A DNA stretch of 64,000 nucleotides from Octopus sinensis (Eukaryota): the NCBI RefSeq assembly GCF_006345805.1, contig NC_043014.1, positions 14,756,001 through 14,820,000 on the forward strand, in the 5' to 3' direction. Below are positions 12,843-25,522 of the stretch, piece after piece (within the stretch, counting starts at the first letter, position 1; every line of letters starts with the position of its first letter). The translations under genes were made by a program, and so were the position numbers. Under the pieces are notes generated by a model that had not been told where the DNA came from, searched no databases, and saw only the letters and a list, made by a program, of their open reading frames with translations.

Positions 12843-13018
12843 CTGAGGGGTTGACTACGGCTGTTGATCATATCTGACATTTGGCTAGACCAATCTTCAA
12901 AATGATCCTTGCGCCAGGACTTCAAATCATTCAGTGTTTCATTAGCATTTCTCTTGAAGGCTTCATAATTGCTCAAGTCATTTAACACAGCATTAGTCAT
13001 GTTTATGCTATCTTCCAC
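12843..13018 (-). CDS. DYNC2H1: Dynein-2 heavy chain exon (176 nt, phase 0/2): VEDSINMTNAVLNDLSNYEAF...FEDWSSQMSDMINSRSQPL
   Basis: Matches VDDTIKIAEALLSDL...EQFDDWSRDIQ. Acceptor tatttag, donor AG/gtatt. Confidence 0.9.
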
Positions 13019-13199
13019 CTAAATAAGATAGAGAGAGAGACAGAGACATAGCACATTAAAGATATTGTTGACATTATATGAGATTTATATAGTATCTAAA
13101 TAACAGAATTAGTAGATTGTTGAATAAAATGTCTTATGGTATTTAGTTACGTGCTTTTCCATTCTGAGCTCAAACCTTGCCCAGTTCAACTTAGCAAGG

Positions 13200-13660
13200 A
13201 AGTTTTGAAGGATGCAGTGCTCCAACAACTAACAACTGATGCCGGCAGTTTGTTCCATGCTTCAGCAACTCTTAGCATGAAAAAATGTTTCTGAAAGTCA
13301 TGGGAGCTTTAATGTTTCCTGACTTTGTAAACATGTTCACGGGTGTTAGACAGGTGGAGTTTGAAAAGGTGCTCAGAGTTATTGTTAGTAAGATGGTTAA
13401 TAATTTTATGGGTGTGTGCCATGTCAGCTGCCAGACGTCGGAGTTTCAATGTGTCCATGCCCAGGGAAGTTAGGCGTTCAGAATATGGCAAATGCCTGAT
13501 GGAGGGTATTCGCTTGGTTGCATGTCTCTGAACGGTTTCCAGACGATTAATATCCTGGGCAAGATAGGGGTTCTAGACCAGTGATGCAAATTCCAGGTGA
13601 GGCCACACCATAACTATATAAAGTTTCTCAGAGAGATTCAGCCTGATATAAGATGTAACA
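13200..13660 (-). mobile_element. CR1/L2-type LINE 3' fragment
   Basis: PYSERLTSLGMDTLKLRRLAADM..HKII...NTREHVYKVRK, typical of the CR1/L2 C-terminus. Confidence 0.75.
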
Positions 13661-13997
13661 AGGCTGGTCCCTTTGAAAAACAGGTACAACTCATTTTTGC
13701 CAGCTGAGTGGACTGAAGCAACGTAAAATAAAGTGTCTTGCTCAAGGACACTGTGTGTCACCAGGAGCTGAACTCATGACCTTACAATCGTAAGCTAAAT
13801 ACCCTAACTACTAAGCCGCATACCTCCATAGAGATATTTTACCCTAAACAGAAACAGCTGGAGCTACTCAGAGGTATTGCAAACACCTCTTCTGAATCCA
13901 TTACAATTTCAGAAAGCATTTTGATTCATTGGCCGGTATTTCAGGACCACAAGCGTTTTACTCTTAAACCTGTACACTTCACCCAAATGGCACATTG

Positions 13998-14299
13998 TGG
14001 AGGAACATGGCCTAGTGGTTTGAGCAGCGGACTCATGATCAAGGGATTGCAGGTTCGAATCTCAGACAGGGAGATGTGTGTGTTTATGAGTGAAACACAT
14101 AAGTTCCACGCAGCTCCAGCAGAAGGTAATGGCGAGCTTCTGCTGACTCTTTCGCCACAACTTTCACTCTTTCCTCCTACATCTTGCAGCACACCTGCGA
14201 CAGACCGGCGTCTCGTTCAGGTGGGGAGCCTATACGCCAAGGAAACCGGGAAACCTGCCCTTATGAGCCAGGCATGGCTCAAGAAGGAACAAACGAACA
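13998..14299 (+). mobile_element. SINE family C copy with a 13-bp TSD
   Basis: Aligns to 9937-10220. TSD AAATGGCACATTG at 13985-13997 and 14300-14312. Confidence 0.88.
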
Positions 14300-15194
14300 A
14301 AATGGCACATTGAGGACTGAATTAGTCTTCACCTGTGGAAGTGTTCCACCTGAAGTTTCTTGTCAACCACAGCCATTTTGAACCGATTTCAGCAGCAATG
14401 CTGAAATCTCTTTGATAGTTTTCTTCAGTTGTTTGGGTTTTCCAGACCCATCCTCTGCAAGAAACAGGGAACAGCACACCAGATTAGCTGGCAAACCACA
14501 ACAGGAAACTTCAATAGGGAATGAAGATTTATTCAGCTAAAACCATTCAAAGCAGTGCTCCAGCATGGCCACAGCCCATTGATTGGAACAATTAAAGGAT
14601 AAAAAAAAAAACTTAGACAACGACATCAAAAGTCTGTCTAATTGACTAAAACTTCAACAAATCCCTAACTGATGCTTTGATGTCCTATTTACACAAATGC
14701 AAAAAATAAAAAAACACATACAGAAGGTGCCAGTGTGGCTGTGTGGTAAGAAGCTTGCTTCCTAACCATATGGTTCTTGGTTCAGTCCCACTGTGTCGCA
14801 CCTTGAGTAAGCGTCTTCTACTGTAGTCTTGGGTTGACCAAAACTTTGTGAGTGGATTTGGTAGATGGAAACTGAAAGATGCCCAATGTATGTATGTGTG
14901 TATGTGTGTGTGTGTGTGAAGATGAGTGTGTGTCTTTGTTTCTCTCCCATTACTGCTTGACAAATGTTTGGTGTGTTACGTCCCCATAACTTAGCAGTTC
15001 GGCAAAAGCGACTGATAGAATAAGTACTAGGCTAAAGAAAAAAACAAATCTTGGAGGCCAATTTGTTCGACTAAAACCCTTTAAGGTGTTACCCCAGCAT
15101 GGCCACAGTCAAATGACTGAAACAAGTAAAAGAGTTAAAAAAAGAAACAAGAAACCCATGATGGGAAGCGTAAAAGAAAGAAGACCCAACTTAC

Positions 15195-15351
15195 CCTTGC
15201 CTCAAGCTGTCGTACATATATTATAACATTCACAATGTTTGGTAGGTTCTTACCCCTGGGAACATTTGGTTTGTCAACAGTATTAGTGCGAGCACTAAAG
15301 TCTTCATTGATTTGCTTGATGCTGCGAGTTAACTGTGCAAGGAGAGTTTCT
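15195..15351 (-). CDS. DYNC2H1: Dynein-2 heavy chain exon (157 nt, phase 2/0): (R)ETLLAQLTRSIKQINEDF...GKNLPNIVNVIIYVRQLEAR
   Basis: Matches RETLLARL...GKNLSEVVNSIVWVRQLE. Acceptor tattttcag, donor AGG/gtaagt. Confidence 0.92.
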
Positions 15352-15759
15352 CTGAAAATAAACACAGACTTAATTAGCCCTTTTGCATTCAAATTATTTT
15401 GTCAAATACCCTGCTTATTTATTCTTTTGTACCTTGGATCATAGGACAGCCTGCTGTGCTTAGCTTGGACTGTAGGGCAACCAGCTGTGCTTGAGGAGAC
15501 CTATTGAGTCAAGTACATCAACATCAAAATAAAAATCAAATGGAAATTGTAGTTGTGGTACCCATGTCAGTGGCACGTAAAAAGCACAATCCGAATGTGA
15601 CTGATGCCAGCGCTGCCTTCACTGGTTTCTGTGCTGGTGGCACATAAAAAGCACTAACTGATTGTGGCCATTGCCAGCTTCCTCTGGCCCCTGTGCCAGT
15701 GGTATGTAAAAAGCACCCACTACATTCACGGAGTGGTTGGCATTAGGAAGGGCATCCAG

Positions 15760-16797
15760 TCACCAAAAGTTTCTCTGACCCAGGGTAACATTATCTTATC
15801 CATCATTTCCACATAAATTTCACTGTTAACTTTGACACCAGCATCAATGAAGATTAACCCTTTCATTACCGTATTTATTTTGAGATGCTCTGCGTTTCTT
15901 TCAGTTACTTTAAATATAACAAAGAATTTAGTAAAACAACTTAGTTATCATTCAGCTAGTGTTAGGGACATAAATTGTGACTAAGGTTTGGTGGAAGATT
16001 TTAATTCAAAACTTATCAAAATAAAACATTTGTACTATAGAGCCAGAGCCTGTTTCAGCCAGGTTAGTAACGAAAGGGTTAAGGGAGACTTGGACCCATC
16101 AGATGAAACTACAGTCCACACCATGAGTAAAACTGGCATAAATGACCCCTGCTATTTTCAGGCAAGTCTCCTGCATTACATACACAAAGCCTGTCGTTCT
16201 ACCTGTTGGTAACTGCCTCCACAGTGAAAATCTTCTTGTCGAACCAGATCAACACTTTGTTACTGGTGCACTTCATCTCAGCTAACATGGTTTTATCCCT
16301 GTCGAGCTGCTTCTTCTTGGAAGCTGCTGAAATTAACCTCTTGCATGAAGTTAGCTTTAAACCCTCTTTAAAAATCCTGTGCATTGATGATTTTGAAATG
16401 TCAAGTGTTTTTGCAGTTTTTCTTGCACTTCTGTGGGGGATTTTGGTTCATTCACTTCTTCACAGCTTCAACAGTTTGTTTGGTACAAATTGATCATTTC
16501 CTGCCAGGAATTGAATTGCTAGTGATAGTAGCAGACTCCATATATCCTTTCCAGATACTGAACACTGTTTTACAGCACATATTCAACTATTTTGTGATGT
16601 CCTTGTTGCTCACTCAAGCTTTTTTTCAAGGTGACAATCTGGTCATGTTTTGCTTTCTACAGATGTTTCAATGAAACAATAGACGCATGAATAAAAGACA
16701 CATGCAAATCTTTATGTGAATGTAGATAATAATACCTGAACCGATATCCTTTAGGAAGAGTTTTAAACATGGGTAAATCTTTCTGGTACACCCTGTA
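15760..16797 (-). mobile_element. Decayed Tc1/mariner-superfamily (maT/DD37D-like) element interrupted by a MITE
   Basis: VLIWFDKKIFTVEAVTNR and MVWTVVSSDGSKSPLIFIDAGVKVNSEIY (after removing the MITE). End TACAGGGTGTACCAG at 16797. Subfamily assignment is tentative. Confidence 0.72.
15858..16078. mobile_element. 221-bp piggyBac-type MITE
   Basis: TTAA on both sides. Removal restores the Tc1-like reading frame. Confidence 0.9.
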
Positions 16798-17550
16798 TAA
16801 AGTCATAAATGACAGAAATACTTTGATAAAATTTTATTTAACGATGACAGAATTCTAATATCATGACAAATTGTTTTGTAACTTAAAAACATGTCAACAG
16901 ATTATATTATTATATTTAATAATAAATAAATTACAAGTCTGCATTAATGCAAAATGCAAAAAATCCTTCAAAATAATGCAGAATTTGAGCTACATCCACA
17001 GGTACAGACATGTAAGTAATTTATATATTATTAGACATAATGACATAAATTATTTACTTGTTTTTAAGCTACGAAACGATTTTCATATTTTTAGAATTTC
17101 GTGATATTAGAATTTTCTTATTGTTAAATAAAATTTCACCAAACTATTTCTCTGTCATTTATGACTTTTATATATATATATATATAGGCGCAGGAGTGGC
17201 TGTGTGGTAAGTAGCTTGCTTACTAACCACACGGTTCCGGGTTCATTCCCACTGCGTGGCACCTTGGGCAAGTGTCTTCTACTATAGCCTCGGGCCGACC
17301 AAAGTCTCGTGAGTGGATTTGGTAGACAGAAACTGAAAGAAGCCTGTCGTATATATGTATGTATATATATATATACATATGTATGTGTGTGTGTGTACAT
17401 GTTTATGTGTCTGTGTTTGTCCCCCCAACATCGCTTGACAACTGATGGTGGTGTGTTTACATCCCCGTAATTTAACGGTTAGAATAAGTCCTGAGGTAAT
17501 TTGCTCCAGCATGGCCACAGTCAAATGACTGAAACAAGTAAAAGAGTAAA

Positions 17551-17600
<50 letters not shown>

Positions 17601-18419
17601 TGTGTGGTGTGTGTGTGTGTGTGTGTGTGTGTGCATGTGTGTATGTATGTGTATATGTATGTCATTCAGTTTTATTTCAAGTTTTCTTGCCAATAGAGAA
17701 AGAGCTGGTTTCTAACCTTGATCCAAGGCTCCTTTATTGCAATTTCAACGTCAACAACAGAGTATTTTTGCATGTATGTATACGTGCAGATTTGTAATTT
17801 TATTTTTCTTTATGCATGTCTTCCTTTCATCGATGATATGTTGCAGTAGAGTTATGCAACTTCTTTGGGCATGTACTTAAGGTTATCAAACAAGGAATGC
17901 TGCGCTCAAGGAGCTGCCCTCCAAGTTTTATGAGGTTATCAGCCTCATGAATGCAAACTTGGTCAAGGGATGCACTTCGACACTTCTATGTAAGTGTGTA
18001 TGAGTGTGTGTGTGGTGTGTGTGTGTGTTTGTCCTCCACCACCACTTGACAACCGGTGTTGGTGTGTTTACATCCCTGTAACTTAGTGGTTCAGCAAAAG
18101 AGATTGAGAGAATACATACTAGGCATAAAAACAAGTACAGAGGTTCATTATCACAACAAAACCGTTCAAGGTGGTTCCTTAGCATTGGTGCAGTCCAATA
18201 AGTGAAAGAAGACAGAAGACTGTACTCCAATGATACCTCTATGTGGTAAATCGATTTGCAAGAAATAGCAGCTAAACTGTATTCCTTACCGTTTCAGGAA
18301 AGGGGAATGGACACACTGGGATAATGAAGTCCTTCACAGACTACGGATATAGAATGATCTCTGAGTATAGGACTGATGGAGAATTAGAATAAAACAGCAA
18401 ACAACAACAACAGCAATAG

Positions 18420-18950
18420 CAGCCTCACCACCACCACCAACTCCACCACTACCACTACCACCACCATTACCACTATTACTACAATCACAGCCACCACTAC
18501 TAACACCATCACCACTACTGTCGCCACCACTACTAACACCATTACCACTGACACCACTACTGCTACAACCACAGCTACCACCAACAACAACAACTCCACC
18601 ACCACCACCATTACTAACATCACTACTACTACAATCACAGTAACCCCTCCCACTACCACCATCGCCACTACTACTACTACTACAATTACAGCTACCACTG
18701 CCACTACAACTACAATTACCACTACAACTACAATTACCACTACTACTACAATTACAGCTACACTACCACTGCCACTACCACCATTGCCACCACCACTGAC
18801 ACCATTACTACTACAACCACAGCCACCACCACCACCAATACTACCACAGCCACCACTAATATTACCACCACCACTACCACCACTAACACCACCACTGCTA
18901 CTATCAGAGTCACTACCGCTACTACTACCAGCAACACCACTACTACACAG
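18420..18950. repeat. Degenerate (ACC/ACT)n trinucleotide array
   Basis: Direct inspection. Similar tracts at ~3525-3620, 12090-12280, 43330-43590 and 44120-44330. Confidence 0.9.
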
Positions 18951-19187
18951 CAACTCCTGCGCCTATTTGAAAAAAAAAAAATAAATGAATAAATATTTTA
19001 AAAAATAATAAATAATAGGAACAAAAATATTTTAAAATAATAATCAAATGTTTTAAAACAAATAACATTCAAAATATAAGTGAAGTTCTTAAAAAACAAT
19101 ATTTTTTAGAAAATGATAAAAGGTCAGAGTCTAATGTCTGGAACCAGCAAGAGAAGAAAGAAAAGAGGGAAAAATATATACTCTCTA

Positions 19188-19856
19188 CTCTTTACTCTTT
19201 TACTTGTTTCAGTCATTTGACTGCGGCCATGCTGGTGCACCGCCTTTAGTCGAGCAAATCGACCCCGGGACTTATTCTTTGTAAGCCCAGTACTTATTCT
19301 ATCGGTCTCTTTTTGCCGAACCACTAAGTGACGGGGACGTAAACACACCAGCATCGGTTGTCAAGCTATGCTAGGGGGACAAACACAGACACACAAACAC
19401 ACACACATACATATATATACATATATATGACAGGCTTCTTTCAGTTTCCGTCTACCAAATCCACTCACAAGGCATTGGTCGGCCTGGGGCTATAGCAGAA
19501 GACACTTGCCCAAGATGCCACGCAGTGGGACTGAACCCGGAACCATGTGGTTGGTTAGCAAGCTACTTACCACACAGCCACTCCTGTTAAATATTCTAAA
19601 TATTCTAAAATATATTTAAGAAATTTTAAATAAAATTATATTTTTTAAAATAAATAATATTTCAAAATGAATGCATATACATTTTTTAAAAAATGTAGGA
19701 GTGGCTGTGTGGTAAGTAGCTTGCTTACCAACCACATGGTTCCGGGTTCAGTCCCACTGTGTGGCACCTTGGGCAAATGTCTTCTAATTGAGCCTTGGGC
19801 TGACCAAAGCCTTGTGAGTAGATTTGGTAGACGGAAACTGAAAGAAGCCCGTCGTA

Positions 19857-19905
<49 letters not shown>

Positions 19906-20405
19906 ATGTGTGTGTGTTTGTGTTTCTGTGTTTGTCCCCCTAGCATTTCTTGACAACCGATGCTGGTGTGTTTATGTCCCCCGTCACTTAGCAGTTCAGC
20001 AAAAGAGACCTATAGAATAAGTACTGGGCTTACAAAGAATAAGTCCCAGGGTCAAGTTGCTTGATTAAAGTCAGTGCTCCAGCATGGCCGCAGTCAAATG
20101 ACTGAAACAAGTAAAAGAGAAAGAGATATGTGTAACTGTGAGCTTTGAAAACTCAGAAAAAACTCAGAAAAAACATAGCTTATTCGCTTCTTTATTCTTT
20201 TTATTCTGTTACTTGTTTCAGTCATTTGACTGCGGCCATGCTGGAGCACTGCCTTTAGTCGAGCAAATCGACCCCGGGACTTATTCTTTGTAAGCCCAGT
20301 ACTTATTCTATCAGTCTCTTTTGCCGAACCGCTAAGTGACGGGGACGTAAACACACCAGCATCGGTTGTCAAGCAATGCTAGGGGGAACAAACACAGACA
20401 TACAA

Positions 20406-20442
<37 letters not shown>

Positions 20443-20613
20443 CATATATATGACAGGCTTCTTTCAGTTTCCGTCTACCAAATCCACTCACAAGGCATTG
20501 GTTGGCCCGGGGCTATAGCAGAAGACACTTGCCCAAGATGCCACGCAGTGGGACTGAACCCGGAACCATGTGGTTGGTTAGCAAGCTACTTACCACACAG
20601 CCACTCCTGCGCC
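19188..20613. mobile_element. Three near-identical family-A SINEs in -,+,- orientation
   Basis: Copies at 19188-19586 (-), 19697-20125 (+) and ~20205-20613 (-). Confidence 0.88.
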
Positions 20614-21598
20614 TAACAGCTATATATAGCTTGTGTATCACATAGTTTCCTTGTCTTTCTGTTTTATTTTTGGTATTATAATACATGGAAAATGTGTTTA
20701 GTCTGATTTATTACAATTGCTATGTAAAAGTTCATTTGTCTTGAAAGCAATAACTAAATTCAAAAGTAACCTTTTAACTTTACTGGTGTATACTGTAAAA
20801 CGATGCACACATGTGTATAACACATAGTACTGATGATATGCTATGAAATTTCCCCAAAATATCTCTTGTATATAATATATAGTTTTTCTTACTGTTTTTT
20901 TTTTAGTATTATGATATATGAAAAACGTAATGTTTTTTCTAATTTATTATAATTGCTGTCTAAAAGTTCATGTGTCTTCATAACAATAGGTGTATTCAAA
21001 AGTAATCTTTGAACTTTATTGGTGTATGTTGTAAAAGTGTCTCTACAGTAAAGTAAATCTGTGAAAAGTCAATCATTATGAAAGAATGTAAAGACATAAT
21101 GCAGAATATGAATGTGCATATGCACACATACAGCTGGTGCACATGTACGCACATGATTGTGAACTCACACACACAGTCACTCTTCCTCCCCCTCTCACAT
21201 ACGTTGTCACTCACACCCATATGAAAATATAAATATAGATCCTGTAAACTAGGAAAGAGATCAGGCAGACAAACCTGAAGCAGGCCTGGAGTAGAGAGGG
21301 AATGTCTTGATGTGGTTGTGAATGGTGAAGAAAGGAAGTTTGATGGATCTAGCTGACTGACAGATTAATTGGCTGATTGATTGATTGATTGAATGACTGA
21401 GCAATTAACCAAACAACCAATTAGCCAAGTGGTTAAACGGTTAACTAATCGACTATAACAAAAAATGAAGTGAAACAAAACCAGTGTGTGTGTGTTTGTT
21501 CATTATTGACACAATGACCTTCCCAAGATACAAGAAAATATGTTTCAACACATGAGTTCATATCATGAATCTTGAAAAAACCAAACAAAAGAGTTTAA

Positions 21599-21800
21599 CC
21601 TTTTACCATTTAAACAGGCCAGATCTGATTCAAATATTCCACCTGTTATACGTTCAAACTTACTAGATCTGGCCTCTCACACCTACCCTACAATGTCCTA
21701 AAAATAAACACTGACTTCTTCCAAGACGATGCATGATTAATTCAAAACAATGTGATTAAATAAGCATTAAATTTCACCGAGTAATTTGAATGCTAAAGGG
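21599..21800. mobile_element. Second TTAA-flanked MITE family (related at ~55235-55466 and ~9105-9169)
   Basis: TTAA-CCTTTTACCATT...AATGCTAAAGGG-TTAA. Confidence 0.65.
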
Positions 21801-22214
21801 TTAAACACAATCATTATCTGATACTAACACATTTAACAATGGTTCATTATAATGAATACAATATTTCAGAAACATAAGTTTTAATTCTTGTTCTTTCAGC
21901 TTACATTTCTATCCCAATAATAATGATGTATAATCCTCATTGATTATTTATTAATTTAATCTCCACATTTACTAATCTAAGTAGTGTTTTTGGTAATTGT
22001 CATTTGTATTGAATGCTGGTGGTATTATTTCCAAAATATGTATTTCTGTCAGTTGGGTCAAACATGAAATATATTTTAGAATCATCTAACATTCCTGTGT
22101 AGGTGTAGACACTCAAAGCTATTCTGAGTTCGATTCCAGGCATTGACCTGAATAATAATAATAACATCGAAAAATACCTTAGAAATGAGAACCCAGGTTC
22201 GGAATTTCCCCCAA

Positions 22215-22260
22215 GACACCTGATGAAGGCTGGAGGGTATATCAGTTGAAATGTTGTTTT
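22215..22260 (+). ncRNA. Degenerate minimal hammerhead motif in a SINE-like repeat
   Basis: GACAC-CTGATGA-A-GGCTG-loop-CAGTT-GAAA-TGTT-GTTTT. Differs from the inferred consensus (CAGCC-GAAACGTT-GTGTT) mainly by C>T changes. Confidence 0.55.
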
Positions 22261-22799
22261 AACAACAAACAAGATGAGGACAAATATCTGTCAAATGTAA
22301 ATAATGTAAATAATGTACATCATTCTTCATCTCTTATATATATAACTGTATTATCTAATTGGTACGGAACCAACATTAGACTTCAATGGAGACCAAAGCC
22401 TTGTGAGTCGATTTGGTAGACGGAAACTGAAAGAAGCCCGTTGTATGAATATATATATATATGTGTATGTGTGTATTACTTCTAGGGTTACTCTTTTACT
22501 CTTTTACTTGTTTCAGTCATTTTGACTATGGCTATGCTGGAGCACCGCCTTTTAGTCGAGCAAATCGACTCCAGGACTTATTCTTTGGAAGCCTAGTACT
22601 TATTCTATTGGCCTCTTTGGCTGAACCGCTAAGTTACGGGGACATAAACCCACCAGCATTGGTTGTCAAGTGATGCTGGGGAGACAAATACAGACACACA
22701 AACATATACACACACATACATATATACGAAGGACTTCTTTCAGTTTCTGTCTACCAAATCCACTCACAAGGCGTAGAAGACACTTGCCCAAGGTGCCAT

Positions 22800-23075
22800 G
22801 CAGAGGGAATGATATGCGTGTGTGTGTGTGCCAGTGTGCATTCACGACATAGTGTAGGTGCCCTAATAGAAAAGTTGGACATAGGAAGCATCAAATATGG
22901 TGTGCAAGAGAGAAAACTGTGCTGGTATGGCCATGTGTTACATGTGTTACAGCTGTCTGAGGAACTGCCACACCCTAACTGTAGAAGGAACCTGTGGAAG
23001 AGGTAGACCCAGGAAGACATGGGATGAGGTGGTGAACCTTGACCTTTGAACATTGGGGCTCACCTAGGCAATGAC
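22800..23075 (+). mobile_element. RTE-like LINE 3' fragment
   Basis: RKLCWYGHVL... followed by RPRKTWDEVV in another frame. Confidence 0.65.
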
Positions 23076-23536
23076 AAGAGACAGGGACCTGGAAACTAAA
23101 GTGAGACCACAGCCACGCATGTCTGGCACTGTTAAGAATACTCCTGATGCTTCGGGCGATATGATATGCTTAAGAACACCTGTTGAGTCAAGTAAAACCA
23201 ATATCATAGGGGCCAGTGAACCCTGACTGACTCCCATGCCAGCGGCATGTAAAAAGCATCAACTGAACGTGGCCGATGCCAGTAACCCCAGACTGGCTCT
23301 TGTGCTAGTGGCATGTAAAAAGTACACCAGCACCTGTTGACAAACAGTGGTGGGGGACAAACACATACAGACACACATGTACATACATACATACATACAT
23401 ATATATCTTGTTTCATTTATATTTCCTAAGCGCCATACTAATACATTGTTGTTTGTATTCCACATGCCTTCGTCTTTTGTTTATTCCGTAAACCTGCCGT
23501 ATCTATTTCATAAAGCTTACCGTTATATAATATATA

Positions 23537-24628
23537 TCATCATCATCATCATCATCATCATTTAACGTCCGCTTTCCATGCTAGCATGGGTTGGACGGTT
23601 CAACTGGGGTCTGGGGAGCCCGAAAGCTGCACCAGTCCAGTCAGATCTGGCAGTGTTTCTACAGCTGGATGCCCTTCCTAACGCCAACCACTCCGAGAGT
23701 GTAGTGGGTGATTTTATGTGCCACCGACACAGGTGCCGACGAGGCTGGCAAACGGCCACGCTCGGATGGTGTTTTTATGTGCCACCGACACAGGTGCCAG
23801 ACGAGGCTGGCAGACGGCCACACTCGGATGGTATTTTATGTGCCACCGACACAGGTGCCAGATGAGGCTGGCAAACGGCCACGATCGGATGGTGTTTGTT
23901 ACGTGCCCACAGCACGGAGGCCGGTGCGGTGGGTTACTGGCTACGGCCACGTTCGGATGGTTCTCTTGTGGCCACGTGCCACCGGCACTGGTACCACAAA
24001 GATACAAATTCCATTGATGTTCATCTATTTTGATTTGTTTTGATTTTCACTTGCCTCAACAGGTCTTCAAAAGTGTCACAAGAAGGAAGGTATGCACAGG
24101 TGGACTGACTACGTCCCAGGTAGGGGCCACAGGTTATGGCCTGACTAGTCTTGCTGGGTCTTCGGATGGTGTTTTTATGTGCCACCGACACAGGTGCCAG
24201 ATGAGGCTGGCGAACGGCCACGATCGGATGGTGTTTGTTACGTGCCCACAGCACGGAGGCCAGTCGGTGCGGTACTGGCTACGGCCACGTTCGGATGGTT
24301 CTCTTGTGTGCCACGTGCCACCGGCACTGGTACCACAAAGATACAAATTCCATTGATGTTCATCTATTTTGATTTGTTTTGATTTTCCCTTGCCTCAACA
24401 GGTCTTCACAAGTGTCACAAGAAGGAAGGTATGCACGGGTGACTGATACGTCCCAGGTAGGGGCCACAGGTTATGGCCTGACTAGTCTTGCTGGGTCTTC
24501 GGATGTTTGTTTTTATGTGCACCGACACAGGTGCCAGATGAGGCTGGCGAACGGCCACGATCGGATGGTGTTTGTTCCGTGCCCACAGCACGGAGGCCAG
24601 TCGGTGCGGTACTGGCTACGGCCACGTT
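23537..24628 (-). repeat. Second copy of the composite array (reverse orientation), in (TA)n
   Basis: (CAT)n followed by TTTAACGTCCGCTTTCCATGCTAGC. Unit anchors ~339 bp apart (near 24010 and 24349). Confidence 0.9.
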
Positions 24629-24805
24629 CGGATGGTTACATATATATATACATATATATATATGTAAGTTGTATGTATGTGTATATATATATATATATAT
24701 AATAATATATATATATGTATGTATATATATATATGTATATCTATATAATATATTATATATATATATATCTATATAATGTATATGTATATATATGTATTAT
24801 ATATG

Positions 24806-24854
<49 letters not shown>

Positions 24855-25522
24855 GTATATATTATATATATTATATATATATATAATATATATATATATA
24901 TATAATTATATATATATATGTATATTATAATATATGTATATATATATATATGTATTATATATGTATATATATATGTGTATACACAACACACACACACACA
25001 CACACACACACACCACATGTATATGACTGGCTTCTTTCAGTTTTTGTCTACCAAATCCACTCACAAGGCCTGAGGCTATAGTAGAAGACACTTGCCCAAG
25101 GTGCCATGCAGTACAACTGAACCTGGAACCATGTGGTTGGGAAGCAAGCTTCTTACCACACAGCCACGCCTGAACTCATGATATCTTCATTACAGAATAA
25201 ACAATCCGTTCAAAAGTCATCTTTCCTGATAATCAGAATTGCTACTGAAGTACATATTAAGTGAGTGAGTCAGTCAGTGAGTAATTGCGATCAGCTTCAA
25301 TGTATTTATTTTCCATTATCAATTTGCTTAGTCAAATAATATACAGAGAATCACTCTTACTGTGGAAATATAAGATGTATTGTCTGTTTGAGTCATCTAT
25401 GTATATGCCAGCCTGCTGCCAACTAAATCACTGATGGTTCTTTTCCAAATAACACTGCTGTTAGGTGAATATTTCAATAAAGAAATTCAACTCATGATAG
25501 AATATTCCATGAGGTAAATATA

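Noticed and set aside
18384-18984. Long Val-, Pro- or Gly/Ser-rich ORFs (also the poly-YI ORFs at 31-32 and 35.5-37.1 kb and the poly-V/L ORFs at 44.1 kb)
   Set aside because: Translations of microsatellites.
20829-20860. CTGATGA...GAAA (also on the minus strand near 48755-48780)
   Set aside because: No pairing for stems I-III; chance match.
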